Below, one piece after another: positions 23,930 to 48,621 of a stretch of 64,000 nt of DNA. The position numbers and the translations under genes are program-made. Source of the DNA: Lingula anatina (lineage: Eukaryota; Animalia; Brachiopoda); the NCBI GenBank assembly GCA_051362555.1, contig CM120647.1, forward strand, positions 17,894,651 to 17,958,650. The letters run 5' to 3'. Positions within the stretch are counted from its first letter, which is position 1; the number at the start of each line of letters is the position of its first letter. Below the pieces are notes generated by a model. The model saw only the letters and a program-made list of their open reading frames with translations, was not told where the DNA came from and did no database searches.

Positions 23930-24700
23930 GCTATCTTCTTGGTGGGATTATCAGAGAGAAATTGTTTTATTTTTTACAAAAGTCGCATGGCCTCTGCTCC
24001 TTTCAACAGGCACACATTTGGTCTTTTCATGCCTCTCCTTTCCTATCTTGGACCCCTGCTACTCAAGACTGTTCATATATTCATACAGTACCCGGTTCAA
24101 GTCCGCAGTCGACATTAGAAAGAGTAAAGACTACTCAATACTAAAACCGCCGAGGTGTGAACATCTGTGGACTTCATCGTGCTCTGCAACGTCAAAGTTG
24201 AAACCAAAAGTTATCTCGGTGCAAAAAAAAAAAAAGGACAATAAAATCATCCGAAGTCATCTAACTAGGAACGTTCAGAGAAGGCCTATCAATGAATGCG
24301 ATCCAACTTGTTTTGACTCAGTACCTTTCCCGGTATAACAGCACGTCATACCACCTGTTAACCGTGTTCGGTAGAATAACGATATCTCCTCGGCAGAACT
24401 AATTGAAAAATGTGTTTTACTCAAAATTTCAATCGCTGCAATCGCACCAGTAATAAAACACTTAAGTGTTTTTTTCAATTAATTCTCTCCTCTTAGGGTC
24501 TCGCTAAAAGTAAAACACGCCTGTTGTGAACCGCCTCTGATCCCGTTGTGCTCTTTAATATCATGGGTAAAGCCCAAATAAATGTAAGTATAAAACGCCG
24601 GAAAAAATATGCCGTTAGCTGAGGCCAACAAAGAAATATCCTAGTAAATTCCCAATAATTGAATTTCCTTAACAATAATTTCCGTATCTTTGAGAAGAAC
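23930..24700 (-). pseudogene. Decayed intronless rhodopsin-class GPCR-like sequence
   Basis: The minus strand gives, in order: RRFILTFIWALPMIL (TM4-like W..P), CFITGAIAAIEIL (TM5-like), LIGLL*TFLVR*LRMILLSFF (TM6-like) and LLFLMSTADLNRVLYEYMNSL (NPxxY-like TM7 plus helix 8). Stops and frameshifts are present. Differences between copies fall mostly at third positions of this frame. Confidence 0.5.
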
Positions 24701-25881
24701 ATTCTCAACAGAAGTATGGTGGATTATAATGCATTGGGAGCTAATGAAGCATTAACAGTCTGTGAAATGCAAAGAATAAAAGTAATGATATACATGTATG
24801 AAAGTGAAAGACTTCAATCAGAACTCGACAAAGAATGTCTATGATATAAGATGCATCGTTTCACTGTCATTTCCACAAAGGTAAATAAATTGAAATTAAA
24901 TTGAAAAGACACCACCAAATGTCACTAAACTTACACACATTTAGCATTGTTGCAATACCCGTTTGTCAGTTGTATAACATGCTGACTGGTATTATTAACG
25001 TAGTACATTGTTATCAGTCTATGGGAAGCCCGCCTGCACGTGTTGCCTGGTCTGTTCAATGCTGTCTCTGTAACTATGACTTAATCTTTATCAATATGGC
25101 GGGGGAAAGGCACAGTAAGGTCATATCAAATGTTTAATGACTTTCAAAAATTACATGAACGACTTTAAATAAAATTTTACTTAATAAATTCGAAAGATTT
25201 TTTTTTAAAGTGGGAGTGACATTTAGTTAAGTTCCAGCTGAAATGCAAATAAACTGAAAACAACGTCACGTGATGTTTTTTTTTATTTGTTGAGTTCGCC
25301 ATCAAACAATAAATATTATGACGTTGATTACAGTTAGAATATGAACTGTCACAACTGTGCAAATTTGACAACGTACTAAATATATTTTAATTTATTTTAG
25401 ATTCATGGGTTGTGGATACGTGCTTAAATTATTGCCTAAATTACTATTTTATTGCTAATTGGCAAAATGCATGGTATCGAATGAGATTTATACAAATACA
25501 CAAGTGGTGGAGAACGAAAGTACTCATGCTTGGTACTGATCGAGGGAAACAAGCAAGAGAACCGCTGCATTAATAAGAAAAACAGGCGTTGTCGTAAAAA
25601 TAGGCACTTGTAAAGTTGGTATATTATTAAAGTTTGAAGGAAAAAAAACTAATTGCACAACCGAAAGGGTACATTTTCAACTATGAAGAAATCAATCAAT
25701 TATATTTATTATGCATTTCTTTAATCTGGCCCCTTACAACAAGTCCATAAAGCTGATTGGATGCATTTTACCTTTGCACCCTCTAGTAGCAGTCTTTTTA
25801 AACCATTTTCTTATTCAAGGCGACACAGAACACATAGAACCCTGATCTATAAGCGACAACCTTGCTCAGCATATAACTAAA

Positions 25882-27180
25882 ATGTTTTTACTACGTGTGC
25901 TTTGGTTGCTGTTGGCGGTTGCTAATGTACTTGGTAACCCCTCTTCTGGAGCTCAGAATCACCTGAAGGTAAGGTTCAAGTTCCGTTTGCTTTATGCCTT
26001 GCTCACACATATAGCTGAAGCTGAATTTGGAGTTGACACAATAAGGCACCCAACCAACTGATCAATACATTCAAAATATGTCGAGACCAAAGAATGATGA
26101 CCACCTACATATTTTGGAGAATGAGGTCGATAATATTTATTCTGCTGTTCTTGTTTTGAATGTACATGCATCACTGTCAGTGCATAATGAAGCATTCTAG
26201 TTAGGGTATAGTATTGAATATACACATCAAGGTATATAATATAATGTGAGTCTGTTTTGCATCTGGGATGAGCAGGCGTTTAAGATTGGGTCATTGCTGT
26301 CGTGATAAAATTATTTATAATTGAATCAATATTAAATATTTTACAACAAAATTTTGAACAGCTCAAAACTTTTGTCCCGATTTCACGTTCTCTCAAGAAT
26401 TTCAAGAATTGACTGACATAAGAATCAGTGAGGAACTTAAAAGAATTACCCCGATTAAAGTACAAAACCCTGCGATAAATCAATATCTGGCGGCTCGTGG
26501 AATTCGTAGCCGGTGTTGAAAAGGGGTATAAAACGTATTCCTTTAACAGCCTCTGGATGAATACGCTATGATATGTCACTATCGTTCCCGTTGTTTTACA
26601 TTTAAGTATTAGTTATTTGCATTCCAAATTGTCAATATTAGCCAATAACTTTCAGGACCTGCCGGTTGAATGGCGTGCTAAAATGGAACGCTTTTTCGCC
26701 ATATTGGATGCTGACAATGACGGAATTGTGAACCGCCACGAGTATGTTGATGTTCCAGTTGAAAGAGCCAAAGTATATTTTCGGGCAGACAAAATCAATG
26801 ATTTTAACGATACTCTCTCCAGAGCCTGGTCAACCTTTTGGTCTGTTCCAGAGGACGAATTCGAAAGTGTTTTCGATCTGGATGACTTCATTGCGATACA
26901 CATGCGCATCGATCTTTTAAAGCCCGCTTTCGCGGCAAAATCGTTAAAAACTGTGGCCAGAAATATATTTGATGCAGCAGATTATGACGACAATGGAAAG
27001 CTTAGTATTGATGAACACAGGGACTACCTTGCAGTATATAACGTTCACCAGGGCATCAATTCATCGTTTGGTTTTACTGATGAAAACCATAATAACTACA
27101 TTGAAAAGGAAGAGTTTGTCAAAGCAGGCGTTGATTATTTACTCAACAAAAATAAGAATTCTCCATTTTTGGGCCCGTAA
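25882..27180 (+). CDS. Secreted EF-hand protein of the sarcoplasmic Ca-binding protein (SCP)/photoprotein fold, ~203 aa
   Basis: Exon 1 (25882-25968) encodes MFLLRVLWLLLAVANVLG-NPSSGAQNHLK|gtaagg, a signal peptide. Exon 2 (26656-27180) follows tttcag in phase 0. It has WRAKMERFFAILDADNDGIVNRHE (EF1), a degenerate EF2, DYDDNGKLSIDE (EF3), DENHNNYIEKEE (EF4) and an SCP-like C-terminus FVKAGVDYLL...FLGP. Confidence 0.88.
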
Positions 27181-27720
27181 AATGTAGGGAAACCAATAAA
27201 TAACGATATGTGCCACTAGTGCATGCATGACTTTCGGGTTGAAGGCTCCAATCTTTTACTATGACTTAGGTATTGTTACTGTGCATTCTCATATATACAT
27301 GTACCTAGCGTTAAAAATTAAGAGTGAGTGGGACAACCGTTTTGACCAATAGTGTATTATGCATAGAATTTTAAACAGACATCATGATTCTTATTTCAAT
27401 AATATGTCCCTGAAAAGTGTTCAAATGTGTATATTAACAAGAATAAACCAGCATCAAGATGTTGCAATACCCGCTTGTCAGTTGTATAACATGATGCTGT
27501 CTGGTGCTTTTAATAATAATACATTGTTATCAGTCTACGGGAAGCCCGCCTGCACGTGTTACCTATTCTGGCTCCTGCCGTCTCTGTGACTATGGCTTAA
27601 TCAATATCAATATGTCGGGGAAGAAGACACAGTGAATTCATATCAAATGTTTAATGACTATCAAAAATAACATGAAAGGATTTGAATGAAATTCAATTTA
27701 ATAAATTCGAAAGCTTTTAA

Positions 27721-28299
27721 CCCAGATAGCAAGAAGACATTGGCCCTACACTGGGCCGACGTCGGGCCAGCGACGGTCTCGGCATCGGGCCGACGTCCGT
27801 GCGCATCGGCCATCTTTTGGCCCAACATCGGCCAACGACGTTTTGCCGACCAGCTGACGTTGGCCCGATAGTGGGCCAACGATGGCCCAGCATCGGGCTA
27901 ATGATGTTGGTACGATGTTGGCCCAATGTAATTATGCCAATCAGCTTATTGGCCCTGCGTAGGCCCAAAATTAACTTTTTTGGGTTCCAAAGTAAGTGAT
28001 TAACTTTACGAAAGTATAAGCAAAAACAACACTTTCTGTCTGTCTGCAACACAAAATCTATTCTTTATAATATCATAGTGGTGATTTCATGGCCAACTTC
28101 ATGGCCAAATTTAATTTCTACTTTAAATCAAGTCTAAAAATTATATTAATCGAATATTTAATTAATTACATAAAATTTATTGATAAATGTACCTTATATT
28201 AACCCTATACATTAAGTTCTACAGGATCTTTTCAGTTTCAAATGCCCTGAATCACTTTATTTATGGCTTCATTTCTTTGTTAAAGTTCAATTATATTAA

Positions 28300-28355
<56 letters not shown>

Positions 28356-29137
28356 CCAAATCAACAGTCAATACAATACAGTGTCAATAAATTTAATAAA
28401 AAAGAAACCTCCCGTTTTTGTACAAAACATGTATGTCCGAAAAAAACTACACTGCAAAAATGCAAATATACAGACACTAAACAGGGGATAAAGTTACTTA
28501 TATACATGTAAAGAAAAAGGTAAGAAGAACAAACATTTTTTTCAGGGGGTGGGGGGTTACTTCATTTTTCATTTCTGAACTCGTGGCGTTTAGACTAAGT
28601 TGGTTTGTCAAATGACTTCGGTTTCACCATACTCACATATATACAACGGAAAAAAGCTCTTTTTTAAATTTGAATGGGCACTGTAGAAAATGTATGACAG
28701 CTAAAGCTCACAAATTATGAACGTAGGTTCTATATCATGTAAAGAATAAGTCTTGTAAATTTCAATCAAAGCAGTTGCGTATAATTTGAAGCAGAACGCT
28801 CGACGAAAACCAGAAGTGCATACAGCTCACTGGTAAAAAAAAAAAAAAAGTCACCAAATATTGGCTTGATGGTGGCTTAACATAAAAAAGACTCTGGTCC
28901 AACATAAGTTTATAGCTTAAAGAATTACGTTGGCCCTACAATGGATCAAAGACAAAAAATGATGTTAGTCCTACGTTGGCCCTAAATCGGATCAACGTAA
29001 AAAAAATGACGTTGACCCGACGTTGGCCCAACGACGGTAGACCAACGTCAACAGTGCCAACGTTGGCCCAACGATGGCCCGATGGCGGCATGCCAATGCC
29101 GACCAAATGCCAACGGTGTTGACGTTGGCCCAACTAT
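27721..29137. mobile_element. Non-autonomous DNA transposon (CCCAGATAGC terminus, TTGGCCCAACG sub-repeats; EnSpm-like)
   Basis: Present only in the duplicate; the paralogous site at ~25205 is empty. GC-rich TTGGCCC/GGGCCAA sub-terminal repeats occur at both ends, with an internal (TA)n. The right terminus is eroded. Confidence 0.75.
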
Positions 29138-29810
29138 GTGGAAGAAACATTTAGTTAAATACCAGCTGAAATGCAAATAAACTGAAAATATCAACGTCAC
29201 GTGATGTTCTTATTGGTTTGTTGATTTCGCCATCAAACAATGGTTTCTATGATGTTGATTACAGCTAGAATCTGAACTTGTCCAAATATGACAACATATT
29301 TAAAATATTTTATTTTCATTTAGATTCAGGCTGTGTGGATACGTGCTTAAATTATTCCCTGAATGATTATTGTATAGCTAATTGACCAAGTGCATGTTAT
29401 CAAAGGAGGTTTATACAATTGCACAAGTGGTATGGCTTCGAAAGTACTCACGATTGGTACTGATAGAGGGAAAAGAGCATGAGAAAACCTGTATTAGTAA
29501 GAAAATTTGCGTCGTAGTAAATATATGTACTTATAAATATGTTATTTTATTAAAATTTGAAGAAAAAGTAGTTGCACAACTGAAAGGATGTGTTTTCACC
29601 TATAAAGAAATAAATTATTTACATTTATCTTTATGTGTTTAAGCTGACGTACTTTTCTTAAACAGCTCCCTTCCATCACGTGCACAAAGCTGATTGGATG
29701 TAGTATACCTTTGCTCCCTCCACGAGTAACAGCCTATTTGAACCATTTCCTTATTCAAGAACACATAGACAGCCGTTCTAAATGTGATTGGCCTGTTCAG
29801 TCTGAGTAAA

Positions 29811-29897
29811 ATGTTTCTTCCACGTGTATTTTGGTTGCTGTTGGTGGTTGTTCATGTAATGGGAAACTATTCTTCGGGAGGCCAGAATGGTCAGACG
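29811..29897 (+). pseudogene. Orphan exon 1 of an EF-hand gene paralogue
   Basis: MFLPRVFWLLLVVVHVMGNYSSGGQNGQT aligns codon for codon with 25882-25968. The donor AAG|GTAAGG has become ACG|TTAAGT. Homology stops at an (AAT)n tract (~29936), and I see no exon 2 downstream. Confidence 0.8.
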
Positions 29898-29933
29898 TTA
29901 AGTTGTCCTGTTTGTTTTATGCTCAGCTCACAC

Positions 29934-29981
<48 letters not shown>

Positions 29982-30644
29982 TTTATCCAGTAATTTTAGG
30001 CAACGGGCCCATATGACATTTTATAATTTGTATTAAGATAACCACATGTAGCAACACATGTAGTATGACAAAAACAAAATTAATATACAAGTGTAACAAA
30101 CATCTGATCACTGCTAGTAATACAAAATAAGGACATGGTGCAATGGTATAATAGAAACATGAGCCAACAATTAATATGTAATGAGACAAACAAAAGGGCT
30201 TCATACACTCAATAACATCATTAAGAAATATTTTAACATCATGGTTAGCTCTTTTGTAATGCAATCTTGTTTCATTTTCTATACCTCTAAAATCATGTTT
30301 CTCTTATTCTCAGCATGAACTAGAAAAGCAGCGGATAAGTGCTGCATCAATTGTAGACATAATTTTGCCTGGCACATTTTTTCTACTCCGTATGTTTTGT
30401 AACCACTTTTCTCTCAGATCGTTTCAATCTCTCATATCAGTTTCAAATCATTTTCACATTTATCATGCTGTTTTGACAATATGTTCTCGCCAACAATGCC
30501 CTCAGACAAGTACCCAGTCAATTATTATTGGCCATTGATGAACAAATGCAATCAAAAAATTTCAAATGGATACCCCCTCCCACCCCACCCCCACACCAAC
30601 TAAAGGAGTTGGCCATTGAGAAATATTTTGTTACGCATATGCGA

Positions 30645-31703
30645 CTAAAACCGCTGAGGTGTGAACAGTTGTGGACCTCATCGTGCTCTGCAACGTCGAA
30701 GGTGAAACCAAACGTCATTTCATACAGGCGGTCGCTCGCTCGCTGGTTCGAGTAACAGCAGATAGTAAGCCATACTTTTTGGCCAGAATCAATTTTTAAA
30801 AATTGCAATTGATTACTATAATAGGAAACTCGCACAAACGGAGGGTAAGCGGGTCTGTCACGGAGCAGTCGGTAGTGCATAGATGCAAATTAGGCATCCA
30901 AAGCGTCATCAAGCTTAGTAACGCAAAGTCACGGGTTCGAGTCTCGGATAAGGCACGTCAGTCCATCACGACAACGACCCGGCCTTTGAATCGGGATGTC
31001 ACGAGAACGATTGAGGGCTCTCGTGGGACTTAGCAAATTACCTTTTGCATAAAAATATAATCTTCAGTTAAAAGTCTTTAAATTGGTGCCGTAGATCTTG
31101 AACTTTAATTGAGCTATAGCTAACTCCGTATGTTCTGCATTTCATCAAAATGTGCTATCTTCTTGGTGTGATTATCAGAGATAATTTTTTCGATTTTTTT
31201 TACAAAAGTCGCGTGGCCTCTACTCCTTTTAACAGGCACACATTTGGTCTTTTCATGCCCCTCCTTCCCTTTCTTGGGCCCTTGCTTCTCAAGACTGTTC
31301 ATATGTTCATACAGTACCCGGGGCAAGTCCGCAGTCGACATAAAGACTACTCAATACTTAAACCGCCGAGGTGTGAACAGCTGTGGACCTCATCGTGCTC
31401 TATAACGTCAAAGGTGAAACCAAACGTTATCTCATTGCAAAGAAAAAGAGAAAATAAAACCATCTGAAGTCATTTAAGTAGGAACGTTCAGAGCAGGCCT
31501 ATCAATAAATGCAAACCAACTCGTTTTGATTCAGTAGCTTTTCCGGTATAACAGCACGTCATACCACCTGTTAACCGTGTTCGGTAGAATAACGATATCT
31601 CCTCGGCAGAACTAATTGCCAAATGTGTTTTACTCAAAATTTCCATGTCCGTCCTTTTCTATCTTGGGCCCTTGCTTCTCAAGACTGTTCATATGTTCAT
31701 ACA
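30645..31703 (-). pseudogene. Third, rearranged copy of the GPCR-like pseudogene and its 3' flank
   Basis: 30725-31645 aligns with ~23460-24430. It has the same two TGA codons in the TM6-like segment. Small internal duplications occur at 30645-30720 and 31648-31703. Confidence 0.5.
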
Positions 31704-32478
31704 CAGGCCTATCCAACTACCTTACTTGGTACTGAATGAACCTGAATTCACCGGTATATCGGACCACACTATCCGTTTTCGAAGTATCAGACGCGACACC
31801 GCTATTGCCTAGTACGTGATGTGATAGTGATGATTCTCAACGGCGTTGGAAAGTAGTGCATCTCATCTCAAACTTATGACAGTATGATACTGTGAAATGC
31901 GTACTGACGCATACCTTGAAAACGTTTAATGTTTAATGTAATTTTTATTGCTACAAAAATTCTGTAAAATTAGTTGTGTCTGTCACTTGTCAATCATTTG
32001 ACAATAGGAACGGAGATGGTGCCTCCAAGTTCACTCCCTAGTTTGCTATGAGAAATAAAATTGATACTTCCGTAGCTATAAAATACTTTGCAGGTTAATT
32101 TTGATAATGATTTAAATATTTAAGCAAGTATTTAAGCAATATTTCTGAAACTTCGTTAAAAATCATAAAAAGTCCTCATTCACCCACATTTCTTTCCTGT
32201 GACATGATATAACGATGAAACTAATGCCACTGAAAGGAGATGACCTAAAAACGGTCACAAATACTTCAAAAATCCAAAACACAACAGATAAAATGAATCA
32301 CAAAGTGCATTTTGTCTAATTTCTAGGTTGTATATATTCACGCGCACGATGAATCAGAACGATAAACATCTCCCTAATTACCCGTCCTTTCATTAAGATA
32401 ATTTGTGCGGCTGAGAGGTGCACCTCCTTAAAATTAGCGCGTGCAAGCTTGCAATTAAACTCTCTGTTATTAATTTTA

Positions 32479-32645
32479 CAGGCCCGTAGCCAGCAATTTC
32501 AAAGAAGGGGTTCTTTTCCTGAAAAAGTGGACCTTTTACCATATAATCCCCATGTACCTAGGTCAAATTTTACCCAGAGTGGACCTTTTTCCAGCAAAAA
32601 GGGGGGTTCTTTCGAACCCCCCGAACCCCCCTGGCTACGGGCCTG
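32479..32645. mobile_element. 167-bp MITE with CAGGCCCGTAGCCAG TIRs (hAT-like)
   Basis: Perfect 15-bp inverted termini CAGGCCCGTAGCCAG / CTGGCTACGGGCCTG. No clean TSD is visible. Confidence 0.75.
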
Positions 32646-34328
32646 TTTTAACTATGCAAATCTTTGGAAATTTTTATTGTCATTCATCATTCACCTCTGA
32701 GACACACACATACACACACGCGTGTTAAATTTGTAGTTTTCAGCGAGACTTGAAGCGGAGTAGGATCGATCTACGCAGAACGATAACTTCATTCGGAATG
32801 AGCCCTTGAACAAAGCCACCTCGCTAAACACGGCCAATTAATTTGCATTGATTCATATTTGTCTTGTTTAAAAGAAGGCATTTCCTAGTAGAACTTCCGC
32901 CCAAACCGCAAAAAGCGAAGTCGCGAAAGCGAGAAAAAAATCTCATGTAGCGTGACTAAAAGGCAGGCCGTGTTACAACACACTGCTACAGATGGCTGGA
33001 CCACTGCGATATAGAACCCGCTGTGCGAAGGTGAAAACACCCGGGTGAAACAATTATGGCGCTATATAGGCTTTGGGCCTGTTATCTTAACAGTCCTAAA
33101 CCTGCGATCTGTCTAAATGAAGTATATATATATATATATATTTTTTTTTTTTCCAGTTTATTTCTCTTAAATACTTTTTTTACAGAGAAAGATATAATAC
33201 GCGACAATGATATAACATTACTGGTATAAGAATACGAGAAAAATATTTTATAAAAGTCATTTTTAATCAGGCCCGTGTATTCTATGCCTATGGTTGGTGG
33301 ATTATGATAATGACATGAGAATGTTCATAGCGTTCGTTTACTTATTAATGATTACTGTCTGTCTGAAAGATTTCCAAAGTTTTTTTACTTAGCCTACTTT
33401 CTCATTTTCACCACCAGAGCTATTCTCACTCACCAATACGAGTCTAGGCAGCGCAATATTAGACAATCTCTCACTCTTGTCAGAGACATGATAATTTTCC
33501 TTTCGTCTAAATCCACCCAAGAGCCGATAAGACTGTCACTATTGCCTTGTATTAATTAACATCGCCTCGGGGTTTGTGCACGGATACGATGCAGTACAAA
33601 TCTTATGTTATGTTAAAAATACCTTAAATTGCATCGGCGGCATTGTGGATCCTAACCAACAGACACTTTTGCAAAGGTACTGGCAAAACGCCTTTGTACA
33701 TGTATTTATGACTAAGGTTCACTTCATGCATATGTTGAATTAATTAAGTATCTCTTGTTTTCTTTATCCACGGTGCGGTGAAATTCGTGTACGTGACTTA
33801 GTGCACCAAGTGCCGTCGTGGCGTCTACACCGGGAAATAATGACATACCTGCGAGGTGCCCTATCGTCGTATAATGACCACTTGTACCACCGCCTTCCTG
33901 TTTAATGCATTATGTCAAGCTACGTGGTCTATTGTGCCGTATGACATATCTAAACGAGATTTCTCTCTCTTTCACTCCCCGATCCTTTTCTTTCCCCTCC
34001 TTCCTTCCCCCCAGGTGCGTTTATGAGCATACTTCACGCGCGCGTGACGTGAGTGACCCGAGTGACCGTTCGAGTGGACAAAAGTGGACACTCGAGTGGT
34101 TTGTCACATACACCTTAGCAGGGGGTTTGCGGTCCGAAGCCACATCCCTTCGCTGATTCACGATTGACGATTCAGCACCAAGCCGTGGTCATCAGGTCAA
34201 TTAATGAAGCCGTCGGCTAATTAATTAGCGGTAATAGCGGTTTCATGGCCATTGGTATTGACCGCCGAAGCGATTGATTACCACACTTTGCCAAGACTTT
34301 GGCCATTCTCTGGACAGTGGACATACAG

Positions 34329-34336
34329 TATATAAG
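34329..34336 (+). promoter_or_regulatory. Candidate TATA box of the MMP gene
   Basis: TATATAAG lies at the end of a CpG-richer stretch (~33750-34330) with several TAATTA motifs, about 560 nt upstream of the ATG. Confidence 0.4.
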
Positions 34337-34889
34337 GTGGACATCACCGTTCTTCGGATATTCTCCAGGACGGAGTCTGGATATCGATGATATAGGATGA
34401 ATGTTGGTCGATGTCGTCGCTGAATTTATGAAAAAAATCTTAGTTGTCTCTCAAGACATTCTACATACAAGGACCTATCATTGCCGGAGTTACACAATTG
34501 TTTCACTTGCATATCTTAAGATTTTGTAGGGCGTGCGGAGAGAGGTCTTTTATAAGACATTGGAACTCTCGACTCAATCCTTTTTTTCTCAAATAATTGT
34601 TTGGACACTTCATCATTGACTGACTTGGCACAACGTGCATTGCTACTTCATAGGGCGTTTTACCATATCAAGCGCCAGAACATTATGCTTTGGCATTTAT
34701 ACACATCAACAGAATATAGCTTTAAGGTTGCAAGCACTTGAAAAGAACAACAGGTAATCAATTAGACAGGTGTGAACTGTAACTTTAAAGGTGCTATTAA
34801 GGAACTCCGCGATAAGGCTCCCACCAGCTTCTCGGTCCTAGAAGCTCGGACATCAGGTTATTTCCTGGACCTAAAAGAAAATTACAAAT

Positions 34890-46384
<11,495 letters not shown>

Positions 46385-48621
46385 GATAGAAAACAAGGCC
46401 AATCAATTGTTAATTAAGCGTTTCATAGAGAGAAATGTTCATTAACGTTTCACCTTTTTAAAGTTACATTTTTCAATCAGTGAAAATACAATTTGACATA
46501 GAGTTACTCTTTGAAAGAGTTTGGAGAGAAAATATACATATTATTATATACACAATGTAAAGCTTTAAAATATTTAAAATAAATGGCTAGTTCATACATG
46601 CGTCAATTATTAACTATTTTCTGTTGTAATATTTTGTCATTTTGGGAATTAATTTTTAGTAGGAATCTAACGGCTTCCCGACATTTAAAAAAAATTCATC
46701 TAAATCTGTTTACAATTTTTTTTTTTTTTTTTTTTGCGTGGTATTGCCAACAGATAGACAGACCCCAAAACATAACGACCTTGGCGAAGGCAACAAAGTG
46801 TGAAAACGGTCCATTTAATTACTTAATCATGTAAAAAATTCCATATTTTATATATTATTTTCAGTTGAGCTATTTTACTATTTTTTTCATACCATCGTGA
46901 AAATAAACCGCATGTCACATTTTGTACCCTACAAATGATATCAGGAGTTTATCTCGTATCTTTTCTTCTTTACGTTCTGAAATATGAATGAATACATCTA
47001 TCAAAACCACAAGAAAACTTGTTTATCATTTTTTGTGCGTTTCAAAAGTGACTTTTAATGTGATATGTCTATTTATAAATGTTCTTTGTTTGGCCACACG
47101 TGAAATATCCATTATAACCTGATTTATGACTAAAAACAACCAAACGTGAAATTATTAAAAAGCTCGTGACTTTTGTGCATTTCAAATGTGTTTTCAAAAG
47201 AAAAAATGTATTTTTATTAACATATTTTGTTGTGGCGTATTTAAAAAAAAAAGACATCACAAAATTTTTTGAAAATCACCGAAAAATGTAGCTGAGAGCA
47301 AAATGCTTGGATCATACCGTAATATTTTTCTTTCACATTTTTTATCAAACTTTTTGCCACTTCAATATACTACAGTATAAATACATGTATAATGAAGTGA
47401 ATTGAATTCTAGGTGAACTGATTGTGTCGAATTTTGGGTCTAATATTTGGCGCTGGATTTTTGACAAAATTAATAAACAACTTAATTTGTTATAATGCAT
47501 TTGTTCATAATTTATAGTTCATTTGTTTGGGCTGCTAAAAATGGCCTCTTTTGAAACATGGACATGAAATAATCATATGGTCTTAGAAATAATTCTAAGA
47601 CTATTGCTTTTGTCTAGATATAAGATCACCAAATAAGTCGACAGTTTCGTCAGTCGAAAAAAATAAATACACACAAACAATGGCGACTTTAAAATAGACT
47701 TTAAAATATCCAAAATAAAGGACACGGAAATGTTTTGTTTTGAGTCCCTCCCCAAAGCATTTAACATTAAGGTAGCCAGGCTAGGACCACGAGGGTACGA
47801 TAAATTAATGTTCGTCCATATGTTTACATCAATTAACCTCTAAAAAGAACAATAAAAGCTGATTTTGAAATAGGCTATTCACAAGGACGGGTACACGTGC
47901 AGAAGTCCGCACGTGCACCCATAGCAAGAGGATATGTTTATTGATACGTAACTCACGCACCCACGCACGCTTGCATGTACAAACATGTTTGCATGCTTTC
48001 TCTCTCTCTCAAACACAAAGGGACAAGCGCACACACACACACACACACACACAGCCACACACACACACACACACACGCGAGCATTTACGATCCGAAACAT
48101 AGACATGCACTCACACACTCCATACAAACAAACCCAAAAACATAACATACATGCACGAGCCCACGTGCGCACAGAACCGCATACTCTCACACGTGCATCA
48201 TAACCCTGACCACAGTGACGCGCACTCGCACAAAATGTCATATCCTTACGTGGTACTGCGACACGCGCACCTAGGTCACGCTCCTGCACCTGCAAGCACG
48301 CAACACACACACACACATACACACACACGCACACGCACACGAACTCAAAGATGAAATAAAGTGACCCTGACACCCACGTGCGTCTCGCGCGGTCAGTTTC
48401 CTAAGTGGACATTCGTTTCATTTACGTACGAGTGGTCAGGAAGTACTTGGGAGGACAGTGAATCTGTCACCGCATTAATTTCAAATGTAAATCATGTTTC
48501 GTTTGCCAAAATTCGAGGGTGATTTACAGCATGTGTTGTATTGTAAGGACACCGTGTAATTGCCAAATATTATAATATTATGATAGACTTAGTAGTCAGA
48601 TGGGGTCACGTGGGTAAATAA

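Larger units (their letters stand above)
27458..29936 (+). repeat. Diverged duplicate of the EF-hand gene upstream region and exon 1 (source ~24945-26012), interrupted by a transposon
   Basis: gttgcaatacccg.ttgtcagttgtataacatg occurs at 24948 and 27461; ccagctgaaatgcaaataaactgaaaa at 25233 and 29162; gctgattggatg (CCAAT box, reverse) at 25752 and 29689. Confidence 0.9.

Noticed and set aside
24240-24290. Shared in-frame TGA codons as Trp/Sec recoding or a mitochondrial insertion
   Set aside because: The same frame also has TAG/TAA stops and frameshifts and no resemblance to a mitochondrial gene. Pseudogenisation before duplication is simpler.
26656-27180. Calling the EF-hand protein a Ca-activated photoprotein because of the terminal Pro and three EF hands
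   Set aside because: I cannot identify the His/Trp/Tyr coelenterazine-binding triads, and the termini resemble SCPs more. Kept only as a hypothesis to test.
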